Positions 56,318-64,000 of a stretch of 64,000 nt of DNA are shown here, in pieces. The position numbers and the translations under genes were made by a program. Origin of the DNA: Gammaproteobacteria bacterium (GTDB taxonomy: Bacteria > Pseudomonadota > Gammaproteobacteria > GCA-002705445 > GCA-002716945); contig JAYQJW010000002.1 in NCBI GenBank assembly GCA_038142325.1, positions 160,001 to 224,000 of the forward strand, given 5' to 3'. Below the pieces are notes generated by a model that was not told where the DNA came from, searched no databases, and saw only the letters and a program-made list of their open reading frames with translations. Every line of letters starts with the position of its first letter. Positions within the stretch are counted from its first letter, which is position 1.

Positions 56318-56975
56318 ATTCTTTTACCAAATATTCCTTGTCCTATTCTAAGCATATTCGCTCCATTTTCAATTGCAGTTAAATAGTCACTGCTCATTCC
56401 CATCGACAATGTATCCAAATAATCATATTTCATGTAAAGCTCATTCATTTCATGAAATGAATTACTGCAGGGTTTGTTAAGCCTGCGGAATAGTCATAAA
56501 TTCCTCTTAAATTTATATTTTCTAGCCTTATTATGTCAGAGGCTAATTTATCATAATCTGCTAAAGTTATACCGCCTTTTGCTTTCTCTTTATCAATATT
56601 AATCTGAATACATATATTCATAATCTTATTGGCACTTTTACACTCATCATTGAGCTTATTTGCATGCTTAAAAGAAGAGACAGTATGAACCCAATCAAAA
56701 ATATTAGTAATCTTTTTGATTTTGTTTGATTGTATATTACCTATAAAATGCCATTTTATTGAATCATCTTTAATGTTATTTTTTTTCTCGAAAGCCTCAT
56801 CAACATAGTTTTCTCCGAAGTCTAAATGACCAAGAGTTCTTAGTTTAATTATTCTATCAATAGTTTGTTTTTTAGATACTGCAACTAATCTAATTTTTCT
56901 TTTTTGATTCTTTTCTAGTTTTTTAATTCCCTCAATGAGGGATAAGTATCTTTCAACGTATGAAGGATGTGTCAT
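56314..56975 (-). CDS. yggS: PLP homeostasis protein; frameshifts near 56490
   Basis: LVAVSK, FGENY, WHFIGNIQSNK, LSMGMSSDY..A..G..RIG..IFG. Confidence 0.93.
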
Positions 56976-57913
56976 ATGTTATTATCGAATAGCATCGACA
57001 TTATCGCCATTCTTACAGATATCCCATAAGATACTTGATTCAGAATTACAGAATTAGGACCATCTGCTACAGTTGATTCAATCTCAATACCACGATTTAT
57101 AGGCCCAGGATGCATAACAATAACATCATCTTTTGCATATTTTAAACGAGATTCATTTAAACCATAATCATCATAATAAGTATCTAATGATATCAATGCA
57201 TCATGCATCCTCTCTTTTTGTAACCTCAGCATTATAATCACATCAGCATCATTTATACCTTCATCCATATTAGAAAAATAATTAACTTTTAATTCTTGAT
57301 AATCTTCTGGAATTAATTTTTCAGGACCAACTATATTAATTTGTTTTGTACCAAGAGTGTTTAATGCATAAATTAATGACTTGGCAACTCGAGAATGTAG
57401 AATATCCCCAACAATAGATATATTTAGATCTTGGAAACCTTCCTTTATGTTTTTTAATTGTAAATACATCAAGCATCGCCTGTGTGGGATGTTCATTAGA
57501 TCCATCACCTGCATTAATTACAGAAATATTTTTACTAACAGATTCAGCTATATAGTGAGCTGTTCCAGGAACAGAATGTCTCACCACAAACATTTGACAG
57601 TTCATAGCTTCAATAGTCTTCACCATATCAATTATTGATTCACCTTTAGCAGTTGATGAATTTGAGATATCAATATTAATAAAATTTGATGACAATCTTT
57701 TCGAAGCTAACTCAAAGGTAGTTTTAGTTCTTGTGCTAGGTTCAAAAAAAGACTAGCAACTACATTTTCTGAATATTTTCTAATATTAGAGTTATTATGA
57801 ATTTCTTCTGATCTAGAGATAATATCTTCTATGTAAGATTTTGGTAATTCTTTAATGTTTAGAAAATGTGATAATTTACCTTGAGATATCTGAATGTCAT
57901 GATTGATTTTCAT
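56972..57913 (-). CDS. pyrB: Aspartate carbamoyltransferase catalytic subunit; frameshifts near 57745 and 57450
   Basis: [46 protein letters not shown]. Confidence 0.95.
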
Positions 57914-58333
57914 TTAATCCATGATATTTTCATTAATCCAGCTTTGCAAGATAATCGATGCAGATATGTCATCATAATCAGAACTTTTTTTCTTTATCAA
58001 GCCACGATTCCTCATTTCAGCAAAACTAGCTTTAGCAGACTCACTTGAAAGTTGTTCATCATGAATATAATTTCTATAGAGGAGCTAACAACTGATTTTA
58101 ATTCTTCAATGAATGATTTAATGTCATCATGAATCTTAGATTCTTTATTATGATAAGGATAACCAATGATAATTTTTGTTATATTCCATTCATCTAAAAC
58201 TTTATTTATCTCTAGAATATAATCATTATATAAAACTTTTAGTGGTCTAGATTTTTTTATAATGTTTTGTGCTAATTGCTAAGCCAGTTTTTTTATGACC
58301 ATAATCAACCCCTAAATAAAATTCATCTAACAT
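57914..58333 (-). CDS. ruvX: YqgF/RuvX RNase H-fold nuclease; frameshifts, absent from ORF track
   Basis: MLDEFYLGVDYGHKKTGLAI, IIGYP, DEQLSSESA, DDISASIILQSW. Confidence 0.88.
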
Positions 58334-58347
58334 TGATTTTCTCTTAA

Positions 58348-59281
58348 TTATAATATTCTCTCAATTTTTTTGATGAGCTGATTTGCAATTTTCAAAGATA
58401 ACCCATTTTTTATATTCTGTATCCCAGTAGGTGACGTAATGTTAATTTCTGTTATATAGTCACCAATCATATCTACGCCAGCAAAAAATATCCCATGATA
58501 TTTGAGAAATGAGGCAACTTTCTCTAAATTAATAAGGTATTTTTTTTTCAACTTAGTTATCTTAAAACTACCTCCATTTGCTAAATTAGCAATAAAATCA
58601 TTTTTTGGTGGTATTCGTGTTAACACATTTTTTTCATTTATACCGTTGTAGATAATAATTCTATTATCTCCTTTAGTTATTTCATCTATAAACTTTTGAG
58701 CCATGATTACTTTATTTTTCTTAATATGTTCTCTAATTAATTCGCTGGAAGAATTTGTTTTTTTGACTTTTATAATTCCTTTTCCAGCCATAAGATTCAT
58801 TGGTTTTAATACAATGACATTATGCTGTTCTAAAAATTTTTCTATTTTGGTTTCATCACCAGTTATTATAGTAGGTAGCTTAGATTGTGAAAGCTGACAT
58901 CCTAAAATCTTTTCATTGAATCTAAGCAGTGATTCAGGAGAATTTAAAACAAGTGTATCTTGATATTCAAGTTCTCTAAATAATTGTAACTGAGATATAT
59001 ATTTACTATCGACTGGAGGATCTATTCTAAATAGTATACAATCCAGCTTACTAAGATTAATCCTACGTTTCTTTTGTCAAGAAATATTTTTTTTGTGATA
59101 GAGAAATAATTTTTAGGTCACAAACATCCGCATAAATTGATGTAGAGTCTGAATGTACAGAGTCCGGAACTATATATTCTATTTTAGCTTTACTTTGAAG
59201 GCTTTTTAAAATACTTATGGTCGAATCCTTCTGGAAATTAATTCCGTTTATAGGATTCATATAAACTCCAACACTATACAT
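58348..59281 (-). CDS. gshB: Glutathione synthetase; frameshift near 59070
   Basis: MNPI..I..QKDST, FRIDPP, NEK, KPMNLMAG, GDNRI, ANLANGG, EINITSPTG. Confidence 0.92.
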
Positions 59282-59282
59282 G

Positions 59283-60515
59283 TTAATCTAGGTTAAAAAT
59301 TTCTTTTGCCGCTGCTAATATTGCTAAACGAGCTATTACGCCGTAAACATAGTACTTATTTATTTGAGAGTCTACTGGCAAACTTATATCTGGTGATATA
59401 CAAATGTCATTTAGAGGTATAGGATGAAAAATCATACCGGGTGAATTTAAGTTTTCATTATTTGCCTTATTATCGTGAGCTCTATAAAAACCGCCTATCA
59501 GGAAATTAGAAAAAGAGTAGATTACTGGCTCAGTAACTGAATTTGTGTTTTTGATTTCCTCGAAAGAAAAGACACCTTCTTGTAAAATTACACTATCTGG
59601 TTTGACACTTCCTTTTGTTGATGACATCTTATTCCTTTGTTTTCTATTGAGATTTTTTATTTGGTCAATACTGTTAACTGATATTACTCCCATACCATAA
59701 GTACCAGCATCAGCTTTAATAATAATGTAGGGTTTTTCTTCAATATCATACATCTTATATTTCTCAGTGATGATGCTAAATAATTTCTCTGCATGATAGA
59801 TTAAGCAGTCTTCTCCTTGCTTAGTTTTAAAATTAATTTCACCACAATTTCTAAATTCTGGTTCAATTAGCCAGGGATCAATTTTAAGTAGCTTACTAAA
59901 ATTAGTACAAACATCGCTGTAGTATTTAAAGTGATCTGATTTTGACCGCCTAGTCCAACCAATATTCTTTGATGGCAAGACTATTTGTTTTATATTATTT
60001 AAAAAGTCAGGAATTCCTGACGATAAATCATTATTTAGTAGAATTGCATCAGGAATGAAACCATCATATTCAAGAATTGAATTTGTGTTTTTGAATTTAT
60101 TCTCATCAATACCTGGTTTAGATACTTTTACATCATAACCAGATTTTTTAATTAACAACGATAAATAATTAAGACTCTCAAGGTAGTGTATATTCCTGGT
60201 ATGGTTTTCAGGAATAATTAGTATTTTTTCAATTTTAGTTTTCAGTGAATCAAGAGAATGTTTCACTGCTGTTACATACAGTGATTCAAAATCTTTGTTT
60301 AGGTTATTAAAGCCAGCAGGAAATAGATTTGTGTCTACTGGTGAAATTTTGAATCCTGAGTTTCGTATATCTATGGATGAATAAAACGGTGCAGGATATT
60401 TAAGCCATTGATTTCTAAACCAGCTTTCTATTTGTTGATGATGATCAATCACATTCTCATGAATATTTTCCTGAAACTTTCTATTACTATAAACTATGTC
60501 TTGATATGCTGTCAT
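59283..60515 (-). CDS. gshA: Glutamate-cysteine ligase, divergent ATP-grasp-like GshA type
   Basis: IESWFRNQW, YSSIDIRNSGFKISPVDTNLFPAGFNNL, LLNNDLS, KADAGTYGMG, NLNSPGM; adjacent to gshB. Confidence 0.9.
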   Translation of the reverse strand: MTAYQDIVYSNRKFQENIHENVIDHHQQIESWFRNQWLKYPAPFYSSIDIRNSGFKISPVDTNLFPAGFNNLNKDFESLYVTAVKHSLDSLKTKIEKILIIPENHTRNIHYLESLNYLSLLIKKSGYDVKVSKPGIDENKFKNTNSILEYDGFIPDAILLNNDLSSGIPDFLNNIKQIVLPSKNIGWTRRSKSDHFKYYSDVCTNFSKLLKIDPWLIEPEFRNCGEINFKTKQGEDCLIYHAEKLFSIITEKYKMYDIEEKPYIIIKADAGTYGMGVISVNSIDQIKNLNRKQRNKMSSTKGSVKPDSVILQEGVFSFEEIKNTNSVTEPVIYSFSNFLIGGFYRAHDNKANNENLNSPGMIFHPIPLNDICISPDISLPVDSQINKYYVYGVIARLAILAAAKEIFNLD

Positions 60516-61212
60516 AATTCTCTATCAGAGTAAGAACGGAAATACATGCTGTTTCTGTCCTAAGTATATTCCCATTAATCGATCTGGTTTTCCAATTATT
60601 TTGCTTAAAACTAATAAGCTCATTATCCTCAAAACCTCCTTCTGGCCCTATAAAAACAGTAATGTCATTTTGATAGAAATCATTTGAAGAAAATTTATCT
60701 CCTTCTGGGTTTAATAAGTAACAAGCTTTATTATCATGTTGTTTAATAAAGCCCTCTAGATTTGAAGGTTCATGAATTTTCATCATCATTAATCTTCCGC
60801 ATTGCTCTGTTGCAGAAATTATAATTTTATTCCAATGATCTATTTTCTTATCAACATTTTTATACTGACTTCTTTTTGTATATACAGGATAAAAATCAGT
60901 TGCCCCTAATTCGACAGATTTTTGAATTATCAAATCCATCAGTTTCATATTAATGACAGAAACTGCTATGCATACTCGGTTTTGACACTTAACTCTTGGC
61001 AATTCTTCTATTAGATTTATCGAAACCTTTTTTCCATCTATCGATAAGCATGCTTCATATTCTCTGATGTTATTGAAAACCGAGAGTTTTTCATCATTTT
61101 TCATACGAAGTACATTAATAATTCTATGAGATAATTCTGTAGTACAAAGTATGTTGTTAGATTTAAATTCTGAATTTATATAAATTCTATGGATTTTTTT
61201 TTGTTGCTTCAT
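60487..61212 (-). CDS. rsmE: 16S rRNA m3U1498 methyltransferase
   Basis: NVLRM, QKSVELG, ATEQCGR, IGPEGGF, ILRTETA. Confidence 0.95.
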   Translation of the reverse strand: MKQQKKIHRIYINSEFKSNNILCTTELSHRIINVLRMKNDEKLSVFNNIREYEACLSIDGKKVSINLIEELPRVKCQNRVCIAVSVINMKLMDLIIQKSVELGATDFYPVYTKRSQYKNVDKKIDHWNKIIISATEQCGRLMMMKIHEPSNLEGFIKQHDNKACYLLNPEGDKFSSNDFYQNDITVFIGPEGGFEDNELISFKQNNWKTRSINGNILRTETACISVLTLIENYDSISRHSL

Positions 61213-62544
61213 TGATAGCCTCTCTCATTACATCTGACACAAAGGTAATTTCTTTTTTATTAATTACATATGGAGGCATAAAATAAATTACATTTCCTAA
61301 GGGCCTCATGAGTACATTATTTTCAAGGCCATGAAGATAGGCTTTAATTCCTCTTCTTTCTTTCCAGTTGTAAGGGATTTTTCTTTTTTTGTCTTTTATA
61401 AGTTCAATCGCTAATACCATTCCCGTTTGTCTTACATCTGAGACATTCGGATGATCTTTGAATGATACAAAACAATCATTCATATGCGAGGAAAGCTTTT
61501 TATTACTATTGATAGTATTTTTATTTTCAAAAATATCTAGAGTTGCATTTGCTGCAGAACAAGCAATAGGGTTTGCAGTATAGCTATGAGAATGAAGAAA
61601 TGCATTCAGCTTTTCATATTCGTCATAAAAAGCATCATATATATCTTCTGTTGTTAGGATGGTTGATAAAGTCATATATCCACCAGTTATACCTTTGGAC
61701 AAACATATGATATCAGGTGTTATTTTTGCTTGTTCAAATCCAAACATTGTACCAGTTCGTCCAAAGCCAACAGCAATTTCATCAGCAATTAGATGAACGT
61801 TATATTTTGTACATGCTTCTCTTAATAACTCTAAATATCGATAATGATACATTCTCATATAGCCTGCACATTGTATAAGCGGCTCTACAATTACTGCACA
61901 TACTTCTTTATGATTATTCTTGATAGCTTGATACATTTTATCAAACATTAACTCAGCGTACTGCTCATCAGACATTCCATCCTTTTTTTATTGTAGTTGT
62001 CCGGTGAATCAACAATAATTGTATCTTTAAGGATATTCTCATATGTTTTTTTATATAGATCTATGTTGCTAACAGACAATGATCCAAGTGTTTCACCATG
62101 ATAGCTGTTTGATAATGCTATGAACTTAACTTTTGATTTCTTTTTTTTATTATGCCAGTAGTGATAACTCATTTTCATGGCAGCATCAATTGACGAGGAC
62201 CCATTATCTGTAAAGAAGCATTTAGTAATTTCTTTTGGCATGAGTTTGACTAACCTTTCAGCAAGGTTAATAGCTGGCTCATGGGTAAATCCAGCTAGCA
62301 AGACATGCTCAAGATTTGTCAGCTGATTTTTAATACTTTTATTGATATATGAATTAGAATGACCGAATAAATTCACCCACCAAGAACTTACAGCATCTAA
62401 ATATTTATTATCATCATAGTCATATAACCAGACTCCTTTTCCTGACTTGATAGGTATCATAGGAATTTTTTCATGATCTTTCATTTGAGTGCAGGGATGC
62501 CACACTACCTTTAGGTCTTTTTTTACTAAGTTCGAAGATCTCAT
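61187..62544 (-). CDS. bioA: Adenosylmethionine-8-amino-7-oxononanoate transaminase; frameshift in T-run near 61985
   Basis: WHPCTQMK, SSWWVNLFGH, YHGET, DEIAVGFGRTG, LSKGITGG, HSHSYTAN, RPLG. Confidence 0.95.
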
Positions 62545-62562
62545 AATTAGTGTGAGTACTAA

Positions 62563-63881
<1,319 letters not shown>

Positions 63882-63887
63882 CTCTTA

Positions 63888-64000
63888 TTAAATGGTTGCC
63901 TTTAGTATATCAACCTTATCTGTTTGTTCCCATGTAAAATTTTTATTATCACGACCAAAATGTCCAAAACTTGCAGTAGGTAAGTAGCTTACACTCAAAA
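63888..64000 (-). CDS. metK: S-adenosylmethionine synthetase, 3' end only
   Basis: [24 protein letters not shown] matches the MetK C-terminus; upstream of ahcY. Confidence 0.9.
   Translation of the reverse strand, partial: LSVSYLPTASFGHFGRDNKNFTWEQTDKVDILKATI

Overview
A gene-dense, AT-rich (roughly 30% GC, estimated by eye) stretch of core chromosome, most consistent with a streamlined marine gammaproteobacterium. It holds about 70 mostly housekeeping genes: ubiquinone (ubiH/I-like, ubiEJB, ubiK), heme (hemL, hemH), folate/C1 (thyA, folA, folD), gmk-rpoZ-spoT, uvrD, polA, priA, mutY, argS, a TRAP transporter, a sigma54/NtrC-type torF-glnK-amtB operon, speE with a speD-like gene, metXW, proC, pyrB, gshAB, bioA, ahcY and the 3' end of metK. 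Two tRNAs are present (Arg-CCG, Phe-GAA). About 30 genes, essential ones included, are broken by single-base indels or one in-frame stop, which points to an unpolished long-read assembly rather than pseudogenes. No CRISPR array, integrase, transposase or prophage was seen. The best leads are: (1) a DnaA-box cluster between divergent priA and an HNH nuclease gene; (2) a marine-phage-like pyruvoyl decarboxylase (IET-SH motif) head-to-head with speE; (3) a serine-cycle-type sgaA-hpr-gck module bracketed by a 14-bp direct repeat; (4) repeated leaderless promoter architecture; (5) tRNA-Phe embedded in an operon ahead of a TPR/2OG-Fe(II) oxygenase-like gene; (6) a stand-alone XylA-like ferredoxin. 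All homology statements come from recognising motifs by eye, not from database searches.
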